A stretch of 63,511 bases of DNA, counting the filler, from Pelomyxa schiedti (taxonomy: Eukaryota > Protista > Evosea), in assembly GCA_020536535.1 (NCBI GenBank). It is 11 parts of 11 records of this genome, joined end to end, with 100 filler letters (N's around TTAATTAATTAA, not from the genome) between each part and the next. Parts side by side here need not be neighbours in the genome. Positions count along the whole stretch, not along the records: positions 24,221 to 49,529 come from JAHLWZ010000189.1; positions 49,630 to 51,572 come from JAHLWZ010002201.1; 9 more parts are not named here. One strand, 5' to 3'. A model generated the notes under the pieces. That model was not told the DNA's origin. It worked only from the letters and a program-made list of their open reading frames with translations, and searched no databases. Position 1 is the first letter of the stretch. The number at the start of each line of letters is the position of its first letter. The position numbers were made by a program, and so were the translations under genes. This document shows, one piece after another, positions 39,144 to 51,572 of the stretch.

Positions 39144-42100
39144 TCAGACGTAGTCCCAAATCTTTAAGAGGGCCGTCATTGAGGGCCTGAGAGACGGATC
39201 AGAAACCAGGCAACATGATGTAACCTGATGTGCCCATGGCGGCATGGTGTTTGGCAGATGCTGTGTTGTTGTACATGGAGGCAACAGGCTGTTTTTGGTT
39301 GAGCCTGGTGGTTGTGGTGATGCTGTCGAGAGTGATGGTGGGTCCACAGTGTTGTGAACAAGAATACCTGTGTGTTGTTTGGTTGGTTGAACGGGTGAGT
39401 GACGCCTTTCTGTAATAGAAAAAGTCAACGTACCAAAGCTCCACACATCACTCTTGGTTGTGGGAAAAGAATTGCCCTGAAACAACTCTGGGGGGTTGGC
39501 TGAGTTGCTGCCGATGACGTCACTGGATGGATCTATGGCATCATTGCACCCCTGATGAACGGTTCCAACTCCACATGCCACCTTTTGTGGAAATTGAAAT
39601 GGGGGAATTTGTATTGGAGGAAACCTTTGCCACAGGGCCAGTTCCTGCTGACTCGAGTGAGGTGATGAAGATGTTACCTGTGTGAGAATTGTGGGGTCAT
39701 TCAGTGGGGAATGGAAAACAAACCAGGGTGAAGGTGACCATGAACGATTGGAGGAACCAAACAGTGGAGGTGCTCAAGGCCGAGTGCAACGTTTCTCAGG
39801 ATCTTTTCCCTCACATCCATTGGCAGAACTTGTTCCAAAAGGCTTGTTCCTTGGCGTTGCTGTGACTCAAGGCATATTTTAAGCAGTTCATCCAAGGTAA
39901 CACCGTTGTTGGTGAGAGGTGGGGGAATCACTGCGAGGAATTCAGGGGGAAGACTGAGAGGAGGGACCAGTTCACTCAAACCAAACAGTGTGGTTCCACG
40001 CAAAGCCACTCCAAAGAACTTGACCACGTTGACATGGTCTGGAACTGCGCTCAGAGTGTTGATCTCTGGCATCAATGACTCCAGTGCACTTGTGGCCTGG
40101 ATGTTTGGGTCATTGTCACTTTCCCCCTTCTTGGAGTTGGGCATCACCAACATTGTTGCCTTGAAAACAACTGGCTGAGGGTCACCCTCTACATTCCAGC
40201 AGCAATCATTCCTGGTGATGGTCAAGGTTGAATTTGATTGTTCATCTGCCCCACCGCTGCAATTGATGATGGAGGGGAATCCAAGGGTGAAAAGGTGTGG
40301 TGCAACCTCTGGAAGTGGAGGATCACCATGCTGTTTACATGTTAAGTGAGTTTTCCAATTGACTGCATTGATCACATCTTCCTGTGACCAGTAAGTGTTG
40401 TAACCGGAATGTGGCTCAGGCATTGCTAATGTAGCCGAATTTGAAAACATTGTTGTGTTGTGGGCAAATGACAGATGTTTTTCCAAGCACCCTGGACAAA
40501 CAAACCTAGTCTCAACAGGTTGCTCAAGTCTTTTGGCAAGTGCTTCCAGCAAGTTGAGGGCAGTCACCATCAGATTCTCCTTCCAGGTTATCTGCTTTCC
40601 CTCTTCCGAAACTGTTCTCATGACCAGCTCAACATGTGTATCCCGGGTGGGCCTTTGTCGAACACGGAGCACCAACAAGACACATTTCTCATTTGCCCCA
40701 GTGGTCCTGGAAACCACAATTTCATCCTTCCAAAACGTGAGTGTATGGACGTTGGGGATGTCGCACAGTTCACACATCACTTGTGCAAAGGCTTCGGCAG
40801 GAAGGAATCCAAAACGGATGGAGCACCCAGATACACAGTTTTTTCCCGTTTTCTCGAAATGATCATAGGTATCCAACAAATGCATACTTGTAGTCTCCGC
40901 CTGCTGAAGAAGAAGGGAAAAAGAGATGAACGGCACCTTCACAATCTGGTGACCCCAAAGTGTTGGTACTTTGGTCAGCAAACCCAGTTTTTGAAGAAGT
41001 GGCATTGTTTCGTCATTAGCATCAGGAGCCCAGTCTCTTCCATACTCAGGTAGGCTTCCAATAGTTGTGAGTGCGGCCATGACGTCATTCCAAAAGGATG
41101 GCCTCAAAGCAACTATTTCATTGTGGTTCCTGTCTTCAAGAATTCCTTGTGAGGGTGCACTGCATGGCCCTTCTTTGCCGAAAATGGTGTGCCTGGTGTG
41201 GAGAATTGTGCCCCTGTCAGAGAGCCAGTCAATGCACATCCTGAGGTGATCCTGATTCTTGGATTGATGGTTCCTCGAGGCTGTTTTTTCCCCCACACCA
41301 CACTCACACACAATTCTGAGCAGCTGTGCCCATTTGAGCCTGTTTTCTCTGTGGGATTCAAGACAAGCAAGCAATTTTGACCAGCTGGTGGGAATGTATT
41401 CCAGAACAGGTACCTGGTTTTTCAGAGTTTCCCTGATGCTCACCATAATTTCCCTAGTGGATTTTCCATCAGGAAACTGCCTCTCGTAGGTAAAGCCTGT
41501 TCCATCTTCCAAGTTCATAGAAAAACCACAGAGATCAAAGTTGTCACCCCAGCGGCTGGTGATGGATTTGAATAACCCTGGGAAGTCATAAGAGCCAGTT
41601 AAGTCTCCAACAAGAATCACTCTGGGCTTCTGAGTTGAATGCAGGTAACTGCTGGTGTTCATCTTGTCCATGTGGCATAAATTGATTTGATTGAGCCAAA
41701 AGTGCAACCTGGAAAGGGCACTGTCCTCTTTCTCATAGTTTGAAGGTGAAGGGGGTTCAACCAGGAGCATGAAGATTGAGTTGGTGAAGAAGAAACACGG
41801 ATGTAAGGGGCTCCAGTTCTTGTCTCCATCTGTTGTTGGTTTGTTTTGTCAGAAAAGTACAAGAAGAGTGCAACAAACCCAAGTCCCACACAGTCCAACT
41901 GTCAGATGACCTCTTGGTAAGTTTGAAGGGCTTGTGAACTTGAACTATTGCACTTCCTTCTGCCATTTTTGAGGAGGGTTTCACATTTGCTTTGAGTTTG
42001 TTCTCCATCAAACATTTGAGGAATGCTGATTTGAGAGAACGAGGTCCACCAAGAGCAACGATGATTCTGTTGCTGTTGTGGTTCAGTTCCACTGGGATAC

Positions 42101-43301
42101 CACCAAGCAACATGGACAGTTTGATTGCTTGCCATGGTTTATCATGCAGATTTCGAGGAACACCATTCATAGGGTTACCAGAAATGACAACGTCATATAC
42201 TCGTGAATGAAGGAGCCACCCAGGGATATCATTGATCATGTTGTCAGTAAAATCCAGTGTGTTGCAGGAGATTCCTTCAAGTTGGTGTGGAACAGAACGC
42301 AGATGTAATCCTGAGAGTTTGACATTTGCATGTGCCAATGCGTCAGTATACACCAGCTCCTTCACAGCAAGCCAATTCCCAGCTGCAACCCATGACCGCA
42401 GTGCCAATGGTGCTATTTTTCCTTGTCTTGGATCACGTGATAGAAGCTTCAACATAGAACGCACAGCTGAGGGCTTCATCCAAGTGACTTCAATCAACCC
42501 CTTCCATGGTGAGAGTCTTCCTCGGGCCGAGGCGTTGGATTCCAAGTCTGTTATTACTTTGTTACTCTGAGTTCGATAATATTCACTATACCTTGGCTCC
42601 GTGCTGTTTTAGAGATCTCCACAACAGATGAAATAAATGCCTTCAAAGTTTCCATTTCCTTAAAACTCTCCTTTCCATCATTCTTCACACCCCTGAACAC
42701 CTTGCACGCATTCAACTGCCACACAAATTCAGGGGTTAGTAGATGAGGCCCATGGGAAATAAATGGGAAGGGGAGGCACCTCAAATGCCAATTCCAGTGG
42801 GTTCACCACCGCGTCGGCTGCTGTGGACACGTCAGCAACCATGAACGTGGGTGCACCAGCCCACACGACGTGGCGGTTTGTGTCTTCGAATCCATAGAAT
42901 CCTTTTGCGCAGTTGCGAACGGCCTCAATGGAGCTGGAGGAATAAACGGGCCCCACGGCAACGACCACGGCGTCCTCGGCACGGCCAAGACCCACAATTT
43001 CCTTTGGCATCCACTCAAACCGCTTGTGGAAAACAACCCGCAACGGTGGTGCCGATGACGAAGACGAGGCGGACGAGGACGATGAAGACGACGAGGAGTC
43101 GGGAGAAGGAGCAGCTGGACCATAAGAGGGAAGGAATTGTGGGTCAGAGACTGTGGCGAGAGTGGTAGTGGCACCAGGATCGACTACGTTGTTCGAGGAT
43201 AAAGACCTCCAAAACTCCTTCACAACCCTTCTTTCTCCGATGAGGTAGCAATTGATTGTCTTGGGGTCCGCGGTCAACGACGGTGTGGTTGGTTCCACCA
43301 T
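39144..43301 (-). CDS. ROCO-like protein with extra N-terminal Ras-like domain; degenerate Roc and kinase motifs; ends approximate
   Basis: LRR LDFTDNMINDIP; P-loop GGPRSLKS; WDLG; COR-like 689-aa ORF; HGHLHPG, PPE, DVWSFG. Confidence 0.75.
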
Positions 43302-43614
43302 CTCCCATCACACTCCCCAAACAGATTTCCGTTGCGATTTTAGTAGAGTTTGAGGTTTGTGATTGTCGGCATCCACAACCAGCCTCTTTGGTTCCTTGAG
43401 AGTATCCTTGATGTGGCAATTTCTACTTGGGAACTGTATCACAACACCATGATTCAAGTCACCTCCAGATGAGTGTACTGCCGGGGAGTGACCAGGAACA
43501 CAGATTCTGGGCACTTCGCTTTCTTATTATGGCAGAATGGAAACTTTCTTCTTCGAGAAAGCACACATCTACGAAAAAAAAGTACGGAAATCGGAAAAAA
43601 GTACGGAAAAAACC

Positions 43615-45972
43615 ATGAGCATGTCGTCGACAAGCACGCCAGGGACTGACTGCCACTACGACCACCAACGACGCGCCAACCGCGATCGCGTGCTGGTCCT
43701 GTCGCGAGTTGTGTGGGACCTGGTCGTGGTCCCCGGCTGGCTCGACGCCGGCGTGCCGCCCCAAACCAACCTCCTTGGCAACCGACACAAATTCCCCGAG
43801 TGGTGCCGAGGCCACGTTGACGTGTTCTCAGTGGCCGAGGCGATGTTCCCCCTCGTGGCCCTCGCCTGCCGCAGGGTCCTCGCGCTCCCGCGCACGGCCA
43901 CGGGCAACGACCCAGGGTCCACGTACGGCGTCATCACGCTCGCGGCACGGGCCCCCGCCCCCTCGTGCATCGCGTGGATCTCAAACCACAGGGAACAACC
44001 AACGGCAACAACAACAACCGCGACGACCGCTGGTGGCTCTCGCTCCCTGCAGAAGGTTCAAAGAAGCCAGAACTGATGTTGCGGTGAAGGAGGTGGAAGC
44101 GACGCTGATTGGGCTGTGCACGGAGGGCCACGTTCAGGCTGCTCGATTGCTGCTGGGGGCCCACGACGATGGTGGTGGCACTTTGCCGATGCTGTGGGAT
44201 GGGAGGCGTGTGACCACGTGGAAGGCGGCGGACTGTGCTGCTGGTGGTGGTGTCAGTGATGATGATGATGACGATGACGATGATGACGATGATGGCGCGG
44301 TGGTGGCGGTGGGGGGAGGAAAAGGAGGAGGAGGAGGCGGAGGTGGGGGGGAGCTCAGGAGAAGGGTGGTTGAGTACTTGAGGGCGTCGTGTGGGACGAA
44401 GCGTTTCATTGTTGACTCTGTGTGTCACTTTGACAGCGTGGAGGTGGTGAGTTGGCTTCTTCTGTCTGTTCTTGGGATTGGGAGGAAGGATGCCCCTTGG
44501 GTGTTGGCCCAATCCCTGAGAATCCCTCTCTTTTGTGGGAAAGGCAAAGTTGTAAAGTGGCTGTTTGATGAGTTCCATTTGGAGGAAAGCTTTGGCACCC
44601 TCAAGTTTGAGGATCTGTTCATGTCGTGTGTCAGAGGCAACTGCCCTGCAAACTCAAAGTGGTTCATTGAGAAGAAATTTCCTGTTCCAATCAAGGAGAG
44701 AATAGTGAGTGAATTACTCAGGAACGCACATGCATCTGTGGAAGATTGCCAATTTTTTGAAGCTGATATTCGAAGTGTTGGTGTCGATGACAACCTCCTC
44801 AAAGATATCCAGAATCCCTACGTTGCCAAGTGGGTTCTGACAACGTTGTCTCTGGATCCAAGTCAGGAGTCTCTGAATTATCTCTGCAGCAGTCTTGGAA
44901 ACTTGGAGTTTGCTGAGTGGTTCGTGACCACCAAGAAAGTTGCACCAACTCCTGAATCGTTTTTATCGGCTTGTTACACATCAACCAATTCTTCACTTCT
45001 CAGGTGGCTTTCAACGAGGGTGACACTTTCTCCAAGTGACATCATCAAAGGCCTGACCAACGCACTGCTGAAAAGCAACATTGAAGTGGCAGAGTGGTTG
45101 GATGTCACCTTCCATGTGATGGATGACATCAATTCCAAACCAGGTTGCGCTGAAAGCATACTGACTGAGTTGTGTTTTGGATGTAGTTTATCTCTTTTGA
45201 AGGGTTTGAAGTGGTTCATACATCACCTCCCACAACCATTGCAGCTTCAAGAGAGCGTTGTCGAAAGTGCGACTTCACCCTTGGTCCGTTTCAAGCTTTG
45301 GGATTCAGTTTTATTCCTGTTGGACACCTTCACCCAGTATCAGCCCCAGAGAAACCCGTTCCAGTTGAAGCTCCTTCTTGTTGGGCTGATGAAGAATGAT
45401 CTGCAAGGTCTTCAGCGCGTCATTCAGTCTGTTGGTGTGGACTCTTCGTTGTTGACACCAGAGTTCGTGGGCCAGTGCCTCACCACAGACATGCAAGAGC
45501 CGTTCGAGCACCCACGCAGCAAAATTGTGAAGTGGGTGATTCGAAAGTTCAACCTTGAGTACTCCCACATCAAAGGTTACAACAACCCCCTCTTGTTCCG
45601 GCTTCTTTCTGATGGCAAGAACCGCTGTGCACAGTGGCTTCTTGAGACTTTTGACATCCCCCTCGCTGATGTATGGTTCCCCCCCCTCCCCCACATTTTC
45701 ACCGAAAACAGCTCGTTGACACGCTCGCCGAGGAACCAGGGCCATGCATTGACCTTGCAGGGTGGCAGATGATACTGAGGCACTATGGCGATGCTGCCAT
45801 CAACACAACACTCATTCGAGCCTTCCTGCCTGGAATTGCATTATCCCCACATGTAACGATGTTCATGATGCACAGGTTTGGAATCACCATCGACGAGATA
45901 CGTGAGGTGTGCAATCGCCCCTCGATGTGTCTCTCATTGGCGGAAGCAAAGATCTGGCTCCAGAGTCTTTAG
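43615..45972 (+). CDS. Family 1 copy with an apparent frameshift near 43985-44060
   Basis: RVLVLSRVVW...APSCIAWI in one frame, GLCTEGHVQ...ALLKSNIEVAEWLDVTFHV in another. Confidence 0.65.
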
Positions 45973-47243
45973 GTTATTAAAATCACAACAAGCACCCACA
46001 AAAAAACCGTGTGGAATACACCCTACTTCCCAATTTAAAGAGAACTGTGCGGAACCGGCCGGAAGCTCCTTCTTCGCAGAAATCATCTACACCGGGGGGC
46101 AAGTCAAGTGAGAAAAACAGAATTTTTTAGTGAGCAAGGCAGGGTGAAGCGGCCCGATTTTGCCGGGATTTGTTGATGTTTTGTGCCGCGGGGCGGTTGG
46201 CGCGGCGCCGCGGCGGCAGCGCGGCGTGTGTGTTCGTTGAATCGGGCTGCGCGGCCTTGACATAAATGGCATGTTTGGGGTTGTGGAGACTGTGCAGTGA
46301 CTTGCCTCTTTTGTTTATCTCCACTACCATCAAAAAAATCGCTGCTACGAGGGGAGACGATGCCGCCCTGGGGTGAAGGGGAACAAGCGGTACCCGCCTT
46401 GTGTTGTCTATTCCATCACGTCGTTCCATCTAATATTAATTGTTTTATTTCTGAATCAATTAAATTAATTTATATCTATTAAATATTAAGGCCTACAGCA
46501 TTGCCGCACCCCTTTAATGTATTTCCGAGCCTTCCACTGGTATGTGGCTTCTTGTTTCTTTGTTTTCTTTTTCCCATAGCCCTGGGACACTGGTATGCTT
46601 TTTTTACACTTAGGTGGTCAACTTGCCTGCCGCTGCTGACATGACAACCACCGACGTACATCCTTCTCCTTTTTTGTCATTGCTGAACAGTTGTAGTACC
46701 GGACTGACCAACCCCAACTTCCCTGACCCACTCTCCCGCTTTTCCGCTTTCCAACTACCACACTTTACTGTGACGGGTGCACAACCAGGCCCAATTTTCC
46801 CTTCTTACTCTTTCACTCTCATGCTACCCACAACGCCCACTTCTCTCCAAAATGTGGATTTAAAAAAACGAGGCACGATTTTGTATCCAAGGACTTAAGG
46901 GCGGAAAACTTTTTTTTTTTGCCTGAAGTCGATTTCGACTTCAGGCTTGTACATAGAGGTGTGAGGTGAGGAGTGGTGCCCATTCTGGTACCTAGTACGT
47001 TGAGTGGGGTGACGAGGGGGGAGNNNNNNNNNNNNNNNNNNNNNNNNNNNNNNNNNNNNNNNNNNNNNNNNNNNNNNNNNNNNNNNNNNNNNNNNNNNNN
47101 NNNNNNNNNNNNNNNNNNNNNNNCTGCTTATGCGTCCTCAGTAATGTTGAAATGCCATGGTGACTGTGGGGCGATGTTGTTCTTGCCGGTTTTACTGTGG
47201 TGCTTATTAGTTCACCCTGAGGACACATAAGCAGAACAACAAA

Positions 47244-47939
47244 CTTGTCCTTCTGGGGTTTTCAACCACGCGATGGGCTCCCCTGTGTTTAAATCAAGAA
47301 GGTAGTGCTTTTCTATTGTACGGGCAGGTGCTTTGAATGACAGCTGCCCAAGGGTAGTCCTTGATAAACTTCCTGGAACCTTCTTCCTTGGTTCGGTGGA
47401 ACATACCTTTGTGACCGGCAAGTAATAAACCACTTTGTCCCTGTCCAACAGTGGGGAACACAGGCCTGAAGAGAGTGGTTCCGACAAACAGCAGTCAGAA
47501 ATTACGGACACACTATCCATGGTGATTGCACCTTCCTGCCAGACCTTTCTCAAGTCAACGTGATGAATAACAATGGAGGTTGCAAGCACCAAGTCATCCT
47601 CCAGAAATGACAGCTCCAGAGTGTCAGACTCCGAGTCATACGCGCTTGTTGTTGTAAAGAACCTCAGCCGCAGCAGCTTCTTCGCCACCGAGCACTCGAG
47701 GTGGTCTTCTGATGCCACACCACCCTCCACCCTCCACAACTTCAGAGATCCCGATCCCTTTCGCGACATCGCGATCCACCTCCTGTTGCACGCCACCCTG
47801 GCACTTCTCCTGAAACGATCCCTCCACCCCACAAGCTCCTGTATCTGCGCTATGTCGTCGCCACCATCGTCGTCGTCATCATCGTCGTCGTCGTCACCGC
47901 CTTCATCGCCGCGTACCTGCCCGACAACCACCCTGTGAT
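47244..47939 (-). pseudogene. Family 2, copy C, truncated at both ends
   Basis: 3' ~600 bp deleted (31705-equivalent joined to 32312-equivalent at ~47243); 5' part replaced by unrelated sequence from 47940. Confidence 0.8.
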
Positions 47940-48899
47940 CATATCTGGGTCAATGGGCGGAGGTTTTTTTTTCCTCTCAGATTCCTGTAAAAACCTCCGC
48001 CCTTTTTTTTTTGGGCGGAGAGCAGTCAAAACCATGTGGAAAACCTCCGCCCGGGCGGAGGTCAGTGCCTACGTTACTTTCCACACTCGGAAAGGTCTGG
48101 TCCTGCTCCTTTGTCATAGACAATCACAATGGGCTTATTTCGGACCTTGTTGGAGCTGTAAGGTTGGTCCGAAGGATTTAAAAAAAAAATAAATAAATAA
48201 ATAAAAAACCAGTGATGGGGCACAACAAACCAACGGGAGCAACAACAACCACGATGAGGGGGGCTGTGACAAGTGCAACCATGGCTCTCCGTGAAACGCT
48301 GGGGTATGCTTGAGTGATGTCAAGCTAGAGGACTACTCCTCTCATCAAAGACAACACAACCCCAGTCAACTGGCAAAACTTAGTAAGGAACCTCAACACT
48401 CCAGGAATCCCTCTATCTGGGACCAAGTCCTCTTGGTTGCAGCTCGTGACAATTGCAAATTTCGCTTCCGGTAACTAGGTTTCGACATGCGAGCGGACCA
48501 CAGCGACGGAAAACGATCGTCAATTGCCCACACGTCAAGTACGTTTAGTATGAACAACAGCAACGGCAGACAAGCTCCACCATCCACCCCTGTAACAACT
48601 GGGATTGCAGCGGAAACGTCGGCGACCGGAAGTGCCGTGGGCGGAGCAAATAATGATCGGTCTAACCAACCCACCCATTCCGCAACACCCAATTCAACAC
48701 TAACAAAACGCGCACTGCCGAGGAACAAGCGGCAATCGTTTTGGTCCAAAATACCCAGCAAACAATCGCTAACTTCCGCTCGGAAAAACCAGACTCCAAT
48801 ATCCATAACCTTCTACAATCTGCTGCTAGCACATTCGCGAAACTACAACCATCTCTTCAAAACGCGGCAATTCCCAAACAAACCTTTGCTGATCTACAA
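47940..48899. mobile_element. Insertion with clustered GGGCGGAGG motifs (candidate DNA-transposon end)
   Basis: Abrupt junction inside the family 2 coding sequence; five alternating motif copies within 47955-48062. Confidence 0.4.
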
Positions 48900-48999
48900 N
48901 NNNNNNNNNNNNNNNNNNNNNNNNNNNNNNNNNNNNNNNNNNNNNNNNNNNNNNNNNNNNNNNNNNNNNNNNNNNNNNNNNNNNNNNNNNNNNNNNNNN

Positions 49000-49529
49000 G
49001 GTGGTCTTCTGATGCCACACCACCCTCCACCCTCCACAACTTCAGAGATCCCGATCCCTTTCGCGACATCGCGATCCACCTCCTGTTGCACGCCACCCTG
49101 GCACTTCTCCTGAAACGATCATTGTTCCTCCACCCCACAAGCTCCTGTATCTGCGCTATGTCGTCGCCACCATCGTCGTCGTCGTCGTCAGCGTCGTCGT
49201 CGTCGTCATCGTCACCGCCTTCATCGCCGCGTACCTGCCCGACAACCACCCTGTGATGTTCGTCGACGACGTCGGCGTCGGCGTACATCAGGCACCTGTC
49301 GGGGGCGATCCAGCCAAGCACCGCAGAGTTGGGGACGACGCGGCAGGGGACCTGCACGAGGCCCAGGGTGTGGGACAGGCTGAAGAAGACCTCGTAGCCG
49401 GTGCGGGCGCCCAGGCCGAAGTTGGCGAGCACGGGGCGGTCGACGGCCGTCACCCACCTCTTGCCGATGCACTCCACGAGCACAGAAGGGGGCAGCGCGG
49501 CGGCGTGCCGGGCGCGAGGGAGCAGGGAC
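49000..49529 (-). CDS. Family 2, copy D, partial between gaps
   Basis: VECIGKRWVTAVDRPVLANFGLG...VACNRRWIAMS; overlaps copy C sequence. Confidence 0.7.
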
Positions 49530-49965
49530 NNNNNNNNNNNNNNNNNNNNNNNNNNNNNNNNNNNNNNNNNNNNTTAATTAATTAANNNNNNNNNNNNNNN
49601 NNNNNNNNNNNNNNNNNNNNNNNNNNNNNACTCTGGGCTTATTTTTCATGTTGTAGACACACAGTTGCAGGTTATTGATGCCGAAACAGGGTGCACAGTC
49701 TTTACACAGCTCCTTCTCAGGTACTAATCTCTATCTCTCTATCTCACCACTACGTTTTACAAACAAAAGGGAAGAAGCCTTTGACGGGTATCCTGAGTTG
49801 TTTGTGTGGACAGAGCCTTAGACCCAGCCCTACACACCCATCAGGGACGATGATGTGAAGATACGATCGTCACGGTATTCACTTTGCAGGGATTCCTCAG
49901 AAGAAGAACACCAGCACCTTACACCTTCATCTACCCACATCGTGTGAGAACAACAAAAAACTCTG

Positions 49966-51572
49966 ATGATGTGCGAGGCGCCAAAATCCAAAGTAGTTGA
50001 AGTAACTGAAGATGAAGCAGCAGGTCACAATCCCAGCGGTTTGGAAGCAGCAACAACAAAGACAAGAGCGCAGAGGGTACATTCTCAGTGTGTCGTTGAT
50101 GGTCTGGCGTGACATCGTCCCCCTGGCGGTGCCCACAGGCGTCCGCGGCGAGTGGCGCGTCGGCGACTGCGTCGGGTTGATGGCCCTCGCCGACGCCCTT
50201 TTTCCGCTCGTGCCGCGCGCCTGCCGGGCAGTTATGGGTGCTGGCGCAGGTTCTGGCGTAGTCGAGGAGAGCGACGAGGAGAGCGACGGCGACGGTGGGC
50301 CCACCGAAGCGAGGAAGGTGGCTGTGGTGGTGCACACGTCGCGGTTTTTTGGGCTGAGGTGCGCGGGTCTTGCAGGCAGCAAGAGGTGCGTGGAGTGGAT
50401 TGTGGGACACACCCTCAACCGGAGGAACAATGACAAGGAGTGCCTCGCTGTGCTCAAAGGACTATGCGCTGGTATGCAGGAAATTTGATGTGTGTGTCAC
50501 ATACATTTGTTGTTGGATGCTTCAACAAGATGCGAAAGTTCTCACACAGACCCTATTCTTCACTCACAACAGGAGGACACCTGAAGATGGCACAAGAACT
50601 TGCTGACGGGAGGAGGCCTTGCTACAAGTCACTGAGGTGGCCACCAGACATGGACGATTCCCTCAGAGAAATGAGCCAGAAATTCCACAGCGTGCTGTTC
50701 GAGGCATGCAAGGGTGGAAACCTGGACACTGTCAAGTGGGTGATGTCAAGGTTCGGCGTGGGAACTGAGGACTGGGAGCTCATCAAACCATTCCTGTGTG
50801 CTGTGAGACGGGGCCACGTTGACATTGTGAAATGGTTGGCATCCACAACTGGTGTCTTGGTTGCTTGCAGTAAAGCCCTCGGGCGAGAAGAGGATCTTCC
50901 TGGCAGTGCAAGTGTGGAAGTTGTGAAGCTCTGCATGGAGTGGTTTTTCAGTGGTGAAAGGCTGGATCCAGCTGTGGTAGGTTATTGGGTCCTTCTCAAA
51001 TACATGGAGCTGGCACCACAGCAGAGGGATGACACTGAATTCGAGGAAGGGTGCCAATGGATCAAGGACACATTTGAGGTGCCAATTAATTCGTGCCTGT
51101 TGAGTGTCAGAAGTTCCAAAGGTTTGAAGTGGGTGTTGGACAATGTGCCAGAAGAGCTGACCAAGTCAGAGTTGATGAATTTTTCAACCAGTCAGTTCTT
51201 CCTTGGTCATGAGGAAATAGTGAGCTCCTGCATCACTGAATTATCCCCAGTCACTCCTCACGATTTGGTTGAAGCATGCGGAAACGAGAAAGACAACGTG
51301 GAAACAGTGAAGTTCATTCTGTCAATGACAACAACAGCTCCAACAGCCAAAGATCTTCAAGAATGTCTTGTTCAGGCACTCTCAGTGAACAACACATCAA
51401 TTGCCGAGTGGTTAGAGAACACATTCCATGTGATGTGTGCTGTGAATTCTGATCCATTCAATACTGAGGAAACATTTGTGCATATCTGTTGGAGAAACCC
51501 TGGTTCTCGTGGAATGAAATGGTTCCTTTCTCATGCAAAAGTGTGCAACATCAGTCCAAAGACAGTGGAGAA
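49966..51572 (+). CDS. Family 1 copy, 3' end cut by spacer, possible frameshift near 50080
   Basis: ILSVSLMVW, CVEWI, intron in GLCAG/GHL, ACKGGNLDTVKWVM, ALSVNNTSIAEWLENTFHV. Confidence 0.7.

Noticed and set aside
47244-47939. Copy C as an A/B gene-conversion mosaic
   Set aside because: Alternating matches are equally explained by C keeping ancestral states
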